DNA from: Patescibacteria group bacterium
GTDB taxonomy: Bacteria > Patescibacteriota > WWE3 > UBA101185 > UBA10185
DNA: 64,000 bases
Assembly (NCBI GenBank): GCA_032117075.1
Contig: JAUMAA010000002.1
Coordinates: 24,005-88,004 of the forward strand
Direction: 5' to 3'
The notes under the pieces are model-generated. The model searched no databases. It saw nothing but the letters and a program-made list of their open reading frames with translations, and was not told the origin of the DNA. Position 1 is the first letter of the stretch, and every line of letters starts with the position of its first letter. The translations under genes and the position numbers were made by a program. Shown piece by piece: positions 1-8,627 of this stretch.

Positions 1-3000
1 CAAAAAGTTAGACATTTTCTTAATTTACATTCTTCGGGAGGAGAATTAAATCCGTGGTTATTTAATCTATCTTGAGGTGTAATATCATCACCAGTTTCAC
101 ACCTGTCTAATTCTTCAGGAATTATTTCATTACATAAAACACCTCTAGAAATGGCAAAATTTAAATCTAAACCTCCATCGTCGGCATCTCTTCTAGAATA
201 ATTAGTAAATTCTGTAGTTTTAAAATCAACTAGTGTTGCTAATTTTGGGGTTCTACAAACAGAGTTACCACTAGCTGGAACAATACCGAAGGTAGTATAT
301 GGCCTAAATTCATTTAGTAAATCTGGGATAGGATCATATTTTTGGTTTAAATAGTTAAATTTCGTATAAACATAACCAGATGTTCCGTCCTTTGTTCTTT
401 GATAAAGATTAGCAAAACCAATATTCTTTAGGTAAGGTTGACCAGTAACGGGGTCGATATCTTTTTCATTTAAACCGACTGTGGGTGTTTCTGTTCTGGA
501 AGGGTCTGGGATATCAAAATCTTTTTCTAGTGAAGATATATTTTTATCAGCAACTTCCTGTTTGAAGAAAGCATAAGATCTGCAGTCTCCAACAACTTTA
601 TCTGCGGGTATGTCTGTATCTCCGGATTCATATAACTCTAAACAAGCTTTGTCAGAAAAATACTCACCTAAAGTTCTTACCCCATTAACGACTGAAGCAA
701 ATGGGGGGTTATTTAAACTAGGTAATGCTCCTTGATTTGTTTGAGGTATATTTCCACCTGGTTCGGTTACATGATGAAAATATTTATCTACTAAATAACC
801 TGCATCCATATCACTATAAGAATATCCCCAAGAAACAGCTAAATTATTATTTCCTCCTATATAGTTTGAAGTACCTTCAACATTAAGTCCCGATCTTCTA
901 CCTTCTAAGAATTCATTACAAGATTCCCCATTTTTTGAATCCCCCTTAGTCATGTTGCATAAAACACCAAGATAATTTTTTCCGTTATTTTGATTATTAG
1001 CCCCAACAAAACTTGCTACACCATAGTTCAAAGTATTGTTATTACTATTCAACCTTGTAGCAGCAGTACATCCTGGTGTCGGTGAGTTAGGGTCACACAA
1101 ACAAAGAGAGGAGGGTGTTCCAATTCGTGTCACTGCTAACTCTACCCTTTTTTCATTTGGTTGAACATTTCCATACCCTTCGTTAACTTTACTAGTATCT
1201 GCTTTGTCAGAAAAAATTCCCACTGAGGAAGTTGGTATTTTAGTATTTTCGTTACACATTTTAGCAATTACTCTTAGTGCAGAGACAGAATAAACTCCTC
1301 CGGGAATTACAGCAGATCTACAATTTGCAAAATTCTTATCTTTTGTTTGAGCATTTTGGAAGTCACCATAGTTACACTCTTCGCTAAAAAAAGAATTATT
1401 TCCTGTTTTGTTTGCATAGTTATCATTAGAAATTGCATGTAAGAATTCAATGTTATATGGAATTGATAAAAATGAAATCATAGGAACTGGTGAGTAAAAA
1501 TTCTTGGAACCAAGTACAGATTGATAAGTTATACTTCCATCATTATTTAACAAAACGGGCTTCCCGTCATCGGCAAAGCAGGCAATGATGTCAGAAATTT
1601 TTTCTACTGGTTTATACTTTACATTTGGAAGAGGTTTTTTTGGATTAAAATCTGAGGAAATTAATTCGTTCACCAGTGTCATTAATTCTAATGTAATATC
1701 TTTTTTGGATTTTAAAGTCATAGTAACTCCCGGACCATATCCTGAAAGAGCATTTAAATTGGTGAATTTAAATTTATTTTCTAAAGTTAGATCGGTACCT
1801 TTATCTTCTGCCTTGATTGGAACATTACAAATTTCACCTTCAGAAATAAATTTATCTCCACAATATAGTTCTCTGCAAGATGGGATTCTTAAATTTGGTG
1901 TGTAATATTTATTTAATGCTGGATTAGCATCCTGAAAATCTTTTTCATCATTCTCCGCAGAGGATCTAGCTAATGGAAAATTAAAAGTTGTAAAACAGGC
2001 ATATAAATCTTTAAGAGAACTTATATCAAATTTAACATCGTCAATTGTAGTTTTTGCATCTAGCTTTCCATCTATCTGACCTTCGTAACTATTTCTATCA
2101 ATGGGTAAATAATCTCTTCTACTAGGGGAATTACCATTTTCAAAATCAATTTTCCTACTATTCAATCCTCTACTAGTATTATATGAAAATACCTCATTTC
2201 TTAAAACAGGATTAGCATTTAACATAGAATCTGAATCAACTAAATAAGCCTTATCTTCGTAGTTAAAAAAATTTTTTTGCTTATCAGGTATAGGGAAAGA
2301 TTTGGTTATAAAATTTTTTGCACAAAGAGGATTTGAAGGATCAATACAGTCTTTAAGAGTATTTAGAGAAGGAATTTTAGTACTTCCTTGAACTAATTGA
2401 TTAGGGTTGTAACTTGAACTTCTAAGGGGTTCTTGAACCTTTTTAAAATAGTTAACTAAGTCAGGACTAACATCGTCCATCCTACACGAAGCAACATTAT
2501 TATTAGATGTATATTCTAAAAACATAGGTACTGGAAAAGGAGCTAATTCAGGAGAACAACTTACCTTTATATCAAAATTTTTTCTTGATAAAAAGTCTGG
2601 TCTATTAGCACCTTTATAAGGCTCATTATAATTATCAATACTATAAATCTCCCCAATCCACGGCTTTAATTTCGAATTTGCTATTTCATCACGATAATTA
2701 TCTAAATTATTTGTTCTGGGATTTTTTTCATAACCCGACATACCGCAAATAACTGCGATATAAAATTTAGGATATGACTTTGTGTAATCAAAGTGAGTAC
2801 ACCTGTTACCTGTTTTAGTATAACCATCCACACAAAAATTTTCTCCATATCTCCTAATTTTATCCTCAGAAAGTTTCTTGTAATCATTACAAGCATAGAC
2901 AGTATATCTACCATCCTTGGTAATATCGAAGTGGTATAAGTTTGAAAGTCTTTCACCCTCACCTACCACAAATCTAGAAGGACTACCAATGTTATCTGTC

Positions 3001-3350
3001 ACATTATTAGTGTGCTCAGATCCCATATACACTGCGACAACTGCTCCGTTTATTGGGGAGTTTGTTTCTTTAGAAGAGACATTACCGCTAATTAAAATAT
3101 TTCCTTGAGGGTTGTTTGGGTCATCTGGGTAACAGTCATCTGTATCTCCAATCATAATATTATTTGGATCCACAATGCTTAATCCTGCATTTCTATAGGG
3201 ATTAGGTACATCTTTGTCAGGAATTCTGTTTCCAGTACTATCCTTTTGAAATTCAATTTTGTATTTGATTAGGGGTTCCACAGCAAGTACATCAAAAGAT
3301 GTAAAGGATAAAAACATTAAAAATAGAAAATAAAGAAACTTTTTATTCAT
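1..3350 (-). CDS. Very large secreted Cys-rich protein (>1100 aa; C-terminus beyond window start)
   Basis: Not in ORF track. ATG at 3350 gives MNKKFLYFLFLMFLSFTSFDVLAVEP (signal peptide), then ISGNVSSKETNSPINGAVVAVY (carboxypeptidase-regulatory-like). Frame was open at the places translated by hand, including the window start (..SLCLCDPNSPTPGC.., ..EECKLRKCLTF). Confidence 0.85.
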   Translation of the reverse strand, partial: MNKKFLYFLFLMFLSFTSFDVLAVEPLIKYKIEFQKDSTGNRIPDKDVPNPYRNAGLSIVDPNNIMIGDTDDCYPDDPNNPQGNILISGNVSSKETNSPINGAVVAVYMGSEHTNNVTDNIGSPSRFVVGEGERLSNLYHFDITKDGRYTVYACNDYKKLSEDKIRRYGENFCVDGYTKTGNRCTHFDYTKSYPKFYIAVICGMSGYEKNPRTNNLDNYRDEIANSKLKPWIGEIYSIDNYNEPYKGANRPDFLSRKNFDIKVSCSPELAPFPVPMFLEYTSNNNVASCRMDDVSPDLVNYFKKVQEPLRSSSYNPNQLVQGSTKIPSLNTLKDCIDPSNPLCAKNFITKSFPIPDKQKNFFNYEDKAYLVDSDSMLNANPVLRNEVFSYNTSRGLNSRKIDFENGNSPSRRDYLPIDRNSYEGQIDGKLDAKTTIDDVKFDISSLKDLYACFTTFNFPLARSSAENDEKDFQDANPALNKYYTPNLRIPSCRELYCGDKFISEGEICNVPIKAEDKGTDLTLENKFKFTNLNALSGYGPGVTMTLKSKKDITLELMTLVNELISSDFNPKKPLPNVKYKPVEKISDIIACFADDGKPVLLNNDGSITYQSVLGSKNFYSPVPMISFLSIPYNIEFLHAISNDNYANKTGNNSFFSEECNYGDFQNAQTKDKNFANCRSAVIPGGVYSVSALRVIAKMCNENTKIPTSSVGIFSDKADTSKVNEGYGNVQPNEKRVELAVTRIGTPSSLCLCDPNSPTPGCTAATRLNSNNNTLNYGVASFVGANNQNNGKNYLGVLCNMTKGDSKNGESCNEFLEGRRSGLNVEGTSNYIGGNNNLAVSWGYSYSDMDAGYLVDKYFHHVTEPGGNIPQTNQGALPSLNNPPFASVVNGVRTLGEYFSDKACLELYESGDTDIPADKVVGDCRSYAFFKQEVADKNISSLEKDFDIPDPSRTETPTVGLNEKDIDPVTGQPYLKNIGFANLYQRTKDGTSGYVYTKFNYLNQKYDPIPDLLNEFRPYTTFGIVPASGNSVCRTPKLATLVDFKTTEFTNYSRRDADDGGLDLNFAISRGVLCNEIIPEELDRCETGDDITPQDRLNNHGFNSPPEECKLRKCLTF

Positions 3351-3408
3351 TTTAAAAAATTATACAATAATAAATTAATTTTTACTGATAAAATAACTTA
3401 AATTAACT

Positions 3409-4212
3409 ATGAAGTTTATAGAAAAAATTAAACAATTATCAGAAAAACAAAATAATAAAATTAAAGTCTTATTTTTTTTAAGCTCTTTTTTTTATATTTT
3501 ACTAACTTATATTTTTTTTATTTACAATATTGGAGGGAATGACTTCTTTTATAAGAATTTGACTTTTCTTTCAGATCTAACTAAAGAATTAGAAACAAAT
3601 TTTAATGAAAAGAATTTAGAAATTATTTTAAAAGATAATACTTTTAATTTAAATCAACCAGAACCTGTTTTATTACCTTTAAATAATAAATCTATTTCAA
3701 GCAAAAAGAATCTTCTTTATATCTCAAGTACCGCAGAAGATAGAGATTTTACTGAAAAAGATGTCTTGATGATACTAAACAAGAACGAGCTTAAGTTTTA
3801 TACAGGTAACGAACCCATAGCATACCCAATAACTAATATTCAAAGCATACAAGATAAATTCAACAAAGAAACCTTAAGTTATATAAATAGTACATTCTTC
3901 CCAGGGTCTTCATACTTCAACAACCTAGGTCTAAATTTTATTGCTGTTTTTAAGATAGTAGAAGTTGCAATTTACTTTCTAGTGGTCTTAAAAGTTATTC
4001 CACTAATGGTTTATGGTATTTTGTGGCTGTCTGGTTACAAAAATACTGATAGTAAAAAATATATAGACTGCTCTTTAATTATATTTAGTATTTATCTAAT
4101 AATTAAACTACCTTTAAATACTTTCATAATTGAACTTCCAACCCTTAGTTCCTTATTACTAATCTCAGTAATTGTCAGCATTCTAGAAAAGAGCAAAATA
4201 GAAAAAAATTGA
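3409..4212 (+). CDS. Hypothetical membrane protein (N-terminal TM, extracytoplasmic loop, 3 C-terminal TMs; DUF1189-like topology)
   Basis: 267 aa ORF; hydrophobicity pattern. Confidence 0.7.
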   Translation: MKFIEKIKQLSEKQNNKIKVLFFLSSFFYILLTYIFFIYNIGGNDFFYKNLTFLSDLTKELETNFNEKNLEIILKDNTFNLNQPEPVLLPLNNKSISSKKNLLYISSTAEDRDFTEKDVLMILNKNELKFYTGNEPIAYPITNIQSIQDKFNKETLSYINSTFFPGSSYFNNLGLNFIAVFKIVEVAIYFLVVLKVIPLMVYGILWLSGYKNTDSKKYIDCSLIIFSIYLIIKLPLNTFIIELPTLSSLLLISVIVSILEKSKIEKN

Positions 4213-4250
4213 ATAATTCCCTCTTTTATATTAAAATAGGCAAAGTTTAT

Positions 4251-4325
4251 TCCCCTGTAGCTCAACGGCAGAGCAGAAAGCTGTTAACTTTAAGGTTCGT
4301 GGTTCGAATCCACGCGGGGGAGCCA
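4251..4325 (+). tRNA. tRNA-Asn(GTT)
   Basis: Acceptor TCCCCTG/CGGGGGA, D arm GCTC..GAGC, anticodon loop CT-GTT-AA, T arm CGTGG-TTCGAAT-CCACG, encoded CCA. Confidence 0.96.
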
Positions 4326-4345
4326 TTTAAATAGTACAGGTAATA

Positions 4346-4888
4346 TTATTTAGAAATTTTCCAAATTGTTTCAGGATAACTTAATTTAAAGTTTATAAAC
4401 CTAGCCAAAACAAATAGATAATCAGATAACCTATTAAGGTAAGAAGAGATTTTTTGAATATCATCATTATTTAGAGAGTGGGACATAATTTCTACTTTTC
4501 TAGCAGTTGTTCTTAGCAAATGGATTTGAGATGCTACAAAGTGGCCTCCAGGCAAAATAAAGTTTGTTAGTTTTGGTAATGATTTTTCATAACCGTCTAT
4601 CAAGTTCTCTAGTTCCAAAACCTCTTTTTCTACTTCAAACACTAACTTAGCATAGACACTAATAGACCCAATCACAAATAAATTATTTTGAATTCTTTCT
4701 AAAGATGAAATCTCCTTAGTAAAATCCTCTTTTTGAATCTCCTTTAAATGAGATATGGTGTAACCTAAATGAGCATTTAGCTCATCTAAAAGCCCAACAA
4801 AGCCTATAACAGGTGAGTTTTTTGAAACCCTTTCCCCGTTAGCTAAACCTGTTTCCCCCTTGTCTCCTGTCCTGGTGTAAATTGACAT
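4346..4888 (-). CDS. pduO: PduO-type ATP:cob(I)alamin adenosyltransferase
   Basis: IYTRTGDKGETGL, G.LDELNA.LG, FILPGG, YLNRLSDYLF motifs. Confidence 0.9.
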   Translation of the reverse strand: MSIYTRTGDKGETGLANGERVSKNSPVIGFVGLLDELNAHLGYTISHLKEIQKEDFTKEISSLERIQNNLFVIGSISVYAKLVFEVEKEVLELENLIDGYEKSLPKLTNFILPGGHFVASQIHLLRTTARKVEIMSHSLNNDDIQKISSYLNRLSDYLFVLARFINFKLSYPETIWKISK

Positions 4889-4910
4889 ACTTCTTATTTT
4901 AATATATAAT
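4882..4910 (+). promoter_or_regulatory. Perfect-consensus sigma70 promoter
   Basis: TTGACA (4882-4887), 17 nt, TATAAT (4905-4910); -35 overlaps the divergent pduO start codon. Confidence 0.8.
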
Positions 4911-4971
4911 TTCCGTTCTTAGACAGAGATTGTCTGAGAGGGATATATTTTCTTATTCAAGGAGGTAAGTT

Positions 4972-5328
4972 GTGGAACAGGAAACCGGTAAAGGTGCCTT
5001 CGAAGCAGTTATTGATATCGGACAGAAGCACGACAAACTTCTGCAAGATGCATTAGATGCACTCGAGAAATTGGTAATGGAGCTGACACTTCAAATCGAA
5101 GATGGGCTCAAGGACCTAGGCTGCGAAGTCAGTATTCGGACAAAAGGTCGTGAGGTAGGGTACGAAACCGAAATCACAATCTTTCGTGGGGAAGCAAAGG
5201 AGTTAGACTTATTGGCTTGGTACTCAATCAGCCCATGGTCAAAACTCTCAACCACCCAACACCTAGAAAAAATCCTCAACCTTGTAATCGAGAAGTTCTC
5301 AAAAAGAATTGCCGACTTCAAGGAATAA
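4972..5328 (+). CDS. Orphan 118-aa protein with atypical (higher GC) composition
   Basis: GTG start after strong SD AAGGAGGT; visibly more GC-rich, with CG-containing codons, than its neighbours. Confidence 0.75.
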   Translation: MEQETGKGAFEAVIDIGQKHDKLLQDALDALEKLVMELTLQIEDGLKDLGCEVSIRTKGREVGYETEITIFRGEAKELDLLAWYSISPWSKLSTTQHLEKILNLVIEKFSKRIADFKE

Positions 5329-5346
5329 GGATTCAATGAGAGAAAA

Positions 5347-5373
5347 GAGTGCGGATGCAAAGCATCCGCACTC
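5347..5373. repeat. Perfect 12-bp GC-rich inverted repeat (hairpin)
   Basis: GAGTGCGGATGC-AAA-GCATCCGCACTC; T-tract follows only on the minus strand. Confidence 0.85.
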
Positions 5374-5449
5374 AAAACACAAAATATTTCAAAAATTAAA
5401 ATCTAATAATCATTTGACATACATAATATTTAAATTTAATATTAATTAT

Positions 5450-6055
5450 ATGAAAAAAATTTATGCCCCAAATAATACTGGTTCCTCGTATTTGATCATT
5501 ATCATCGCTTCTGTCGCTGTACTAGTTTTAGCTTTGGGAGGATATTTTTTATTCTTCAATAAATCAGGATCTAATCCACTAACCCGGCTTACAAACAAGT
5601 GTACTTCAAGTGAAAAAGCATGTGAATTAATTGAAAATATAAATAAATATAGAGAATCAAAGAAATTATCTCCAGTTAGATTTGATGGGGAAGTTTGTGC
5701 AAAAATTCAAAACTTTACAAATGATATGAAAGAAATCTATAGCGACAATTCTGTGAAATTAAATAATGATTCAGTAAAAGAAAATTTAGATAGGTTAAGA
5801 AACGATTCTAAGTATGAATCACTAATTGGGGATTACACACTATCAGACAAAGAAATAGATAACGATAGAAGAATAAGATATTTTATTAGAATTATAGAAA
5901 CCAACAACCTTGAAACTGATGTAAAAAAATATTCAGATTCTTATCAAGAATTATTTGCAGGAGATTACAATACTGCTTGCATCACAACCTCAAGCAAAGA
6001 AATAAAAGGTGATTATGATTTTGCAAGTTTTTATTTTGTAAATTTTAAGAATTAA
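5450..6055 (+). CDS. CAP/SCP-like domain protein with prepilin-like N-terminus
   Basis: Start moved to ATG 5450 (TTGACA-17-TAATAT upstream); NNTG|SSYLIIIIASVAVLVLALGG then ELIENINKYRESKKLSPVRFD (CAP helix motif). Confidence 0.65.
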   Translation: MKKIYAPNNTGSSYLIIIIASVAVLVLALGGYFLFFNKSGSNPLTRLTNKCTSSEKACELIENINKYRESKKLSPVRFDGEVCAKIQNFTNDMKEIYSDNSVKLNNDSVKENLDRLRNDSKYESLIGDYTLSDKEIDNDRRIRYFIRIIETNNLETDVKKYSDSYQELFAGDYNTACITTSSKEIKGDYDFASFYFVNFKN

Positions 6056-6061
6056 TCTAAC

Positions 6062-6883
6062 TTAATTTTTAAGCTTACCGTACAAAAAGCCAAAACCACC
6101 AACGAAAGTTTCAAGGGTTAGCATAAAAACTAACCCTAAACTTATAAAAATATTCTTTAACCAAAGATGAGAATATTTATAAAATTCAGGTCTTAAAAAA
6201 TAAACAAACTTTGAATCAGTAAGCTTCATCCCATGTTTAGAAATATAGTTAGAGGCTTTTTGAGCATAATAAAATTTCTTTTTAAGAATTCTTAACAGCC
6301 CATAATCCCCCTCATTATGATAGATTTTGGAATTAGTAAAATACTTTTTTGGATACTTTTTATTAATCCTCTCTGGCAAGTCCCAATCCTCGGGTCCTGT
6401 AAGATTTAAATCATAACCATTAAATTCCTCAAAAACCTTCTTTTCAAAAAACCTTGCAGCATGTGTCTTGGAATCAGGGTTAGAGGAATAAAATTCAAGC
6501 TCTAGTTTTTTACATTCAGCCCAAAAACTTTCACCCATCGGAACTTCTCTAATAGTAATTGTTTTGAGTTCCAAATTTTCTTTTGTTTTCTCGATGCATT
6601 CTTGTAAAACTTGAGGCTCTAAAATCATGTCAGCATCTAGGATTAAAACATATTTTCCAGAAGATTGAGAAACACCAAAGTTTCTTTGAGCACTTCTTTC
6701 AGGCCCTTTATTTAAGACAATAGCTCCAAATTTTTCCGAAATTTCTTTAGTCCTGTCAGTTGAATTATTATCTACAACTATAGTTTCGAAATCTTTGAAA
6801 GTTTGATTTTTTAGAGAGGTAAGAATATTTTCCATATTTCTCTCTTCATTTTTAGTTGTAATAATAACCGAAATTAATTTCAT
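6062..6883 (-). CDS. Glycosyltransferase family 2
   Basis: ISVIITTKNEE, VVDNNSTDRT, LILDAD, EDWD. Confidence 0.92.
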   Translation of the reverse strand: MKLISVIITTKNEERNMENILTSLKNQTFKDFETIVVDNNSTDRTKEISEKFGAIVLNKGPERSAQRNFGVSQSSGKYVLILDADMILEPQVLQECIEKTKENLELKTITIREVPMGESFWAECKKLELEFYSSNPDSKTHAARFFEKKVFEEFNGYDLNLTGPEDWDLPERINKKYPKKYFTNSKIYHNEGDYGLLRILKKKFYYAQKASNYISKHGMKLTDSKFVYFLRPEFYKYSHLWLKNIFISLGLVFMLTLETFVGGFGFLYGKLKN

Positions 6884-7578
6884 TTCTTTCTTATTTTAAC
6901 AAAAATATTTACATAACCATTTTCACACTGATTTGAGTATGAATACTCTTCTATTTTTTTAAATTCTTCTTCAAATAATCTTTTTCTTCTAAGTATCCAT
7001 TTAGAAAAATAAAAATTAAGCAAATCCAAAACCAACCCAAACTTACCATATATTTTATGTTCTACAATTTCAAAGTTAGATTCAAAGCAAAGTTTATTTA
7101 AGTCTTTCAAATTATAGTGCCTATGACCAAACCACCAAGCAGGATCTAGTACATTTGAAATTGGATGAGAGTATGGTGTAGATAAATATAAAATCCCTCC
7201 AGACTTCATTACTCTATTTATTTCTTTAAGCATCTCAACATCCGTACCTTTTGGAATATGTTCAATAACTTCCCAAGCAGTTACTGTATTAAAAGTAGTA
7301 TCTGCAAAATTTAACAAATGAGCACTCCCAACTACCAGTTCTAGTTTATCTGTTTTTAATTTCTCCCTGATTAGATTAAAGTCGGTATCTATGACATCAA
7401 GTCCTACCACTTTTTCACAGTTATTCTCCAAACAAAATTTTTCAAACCAACCAAAACCACATCCTAAATCAAGTATTTTCTTGTTTGAAATAGAGTTTTT
7501 AATATCTACAAACAAAATACTAGCTTTTTGTCTTTCAGATAAGCTCGAATCTGGATTTTCATTTAAGATATTTTTCAT
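6880..7578 (-). CDS. Class I SAM-dependent methyltransferase
   Basis: ILDLGCGFG, EVIEHI, GGILYLSTP; start uncertain (ATG 7578 vs TTG 7620). Confidence 0.88.
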   Translation of the reverse strand: MKNILNENPDSSLSERQKASILFVDIKNSISNKKILDLGCGFGWFEKFCLENNCEKVVGLDVIDTDFNLIREKLKTDKLELVVGSAHLLNFADTTFNTVTAWEVIEHIPKGTDVEMLKEINRVMKSGGILYLSTPYSHPISNVLDPAWWFGHRHYNLKDLNKLCFESNFEIVEHKIYGKFGLVLDLLNFYFSKWILRRKRLFEEEFKKIEEYSYSNQCENGYVNIFVKIRKK

Positions 7579-7637
7579 ACATTTTTTCTTCCAACACAAT
7601 ACTAATTCAATTTTCTTCAAAATGATAAAATGACCAT

Positions 7638-8627
7638 ATGAACAAGCAACCTTTAGTAAGTATTATTATCGTTAATTATAATGGAAAAAAGTATTTAGAA
7701 GAGTGTATAAACTCGATTTTAGATGGAACATATAAAAACTTTGAGATTATCGTAGTCGATAACAACTCTTCGGATGGAAGTCCTGAGCTAGTTAAAAGTA
7801 AATTTCCAACAGTTACTTTAATAAAAGAAAAATATAATCATGGATTTACTGGAGGAAATAATATTGGATTTGAATACTCAAGGGGTGAGTATGTAATTCT
7901 TTTAAACAACGATACTAAGGTAGAAAAGAATTATATAAAAAATTTTATTCAAGTTTTTGATGAGTTTCCCAAATGCGGAGTAGCGCAATCTAAAATTGTT
8001 TTGTACGATAATCCAGAAATTTTAGATTGCGCAGGATCCTTCTGGACAGATATAACTCTTCTCTATCATTTCGGATTTCTCAAAAACTCTAATCTCAAAA
8101 AGTTTAACGAACCTTTTAAAATCTTTTCGGCTAAAGGAGCATCGATGATTATTAAAAGAGAAGTTATCTTACAGGTTGGTTTATTTGATAAGGATTTTTG
8201 GCACTATTACGAAGAAACTGATTTTTGCCACAGAGCTATAAATGCGGGATATGAAGTTTATTATTACCCCAAAGCACTTTGTTTTCATAAAATCGGGATT
8301 TCAAGGGGAGAACTGAATCAGGAAGATAAAATTCTTTTCAGTAACACCAAAAATAAGTTTTTTTCTTTTATTAAAAATTTCGATTTTCCTTCTGTTTTGT
8401 GGGTATTAATAAAACATTTTGTCTCATTACACTTTTATATTATAATGCTACTGATAAACGGAAAGTTTAAAGAGTCAGGAACAATCTACAAAGCAATTTT
8501 TTGGAACATTAAAAACCTCTCTTTTATATTAAAAAAAAGAAATGAAAATAAATTTAAAGGCAATGAAAAAATACTTCCAAAAAAGACTTTCTCCTATTTA
8601 TTCTTTTTTAAACCAGACAAATATTAA
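7638..8627 (+). CDS. Glycosyltransferase family 2 (rhamnosyltransferase-like)
   Basis: VSIIIVNYNG, VVDNNSSDGS, LLNND, YYEETDFC. Confidence 0.92.
   Translation: MNKQPLVSIIIVNYNGKKYLEECINSILDGTYKNFEIIVVDNNSSDGSPELVKSKFPTVTLIKEKYNHGFTGGNNIGFEYSRGEYVILLNNDTKVEKNYIKNFIQVFDEFPKCGVAQSKIVLYDNPEILDCAGSFWTDITLLYHFGFLKNSNLKKFNEPFKIFSAKGASMIIKREVILQVGLFDKDFWHYYEETDFCHRAINAGYEVYYYPKALCFHKIGISRGELNQEDKILFSNTKNKFFSFIKNFDFPSVLWVLIKHFVSLHFYIIMLLINGKFKESGTIYKAIFWNIKNLSFILKKRNENKFKGNEKILPKKTFSYLFFFKPDKY

Noticed and set aside
1585-3108. Short ORFs 1585..1905, 2702..2962, 2917..3108
   Set aside because: Shadows of the large minus-strand gene 1..3350.
5309-5449. N-terminal extension of ORF 5309..6055
   Set aside because: Crosses the hairpin and a promoter; ATG 5450 fits better.
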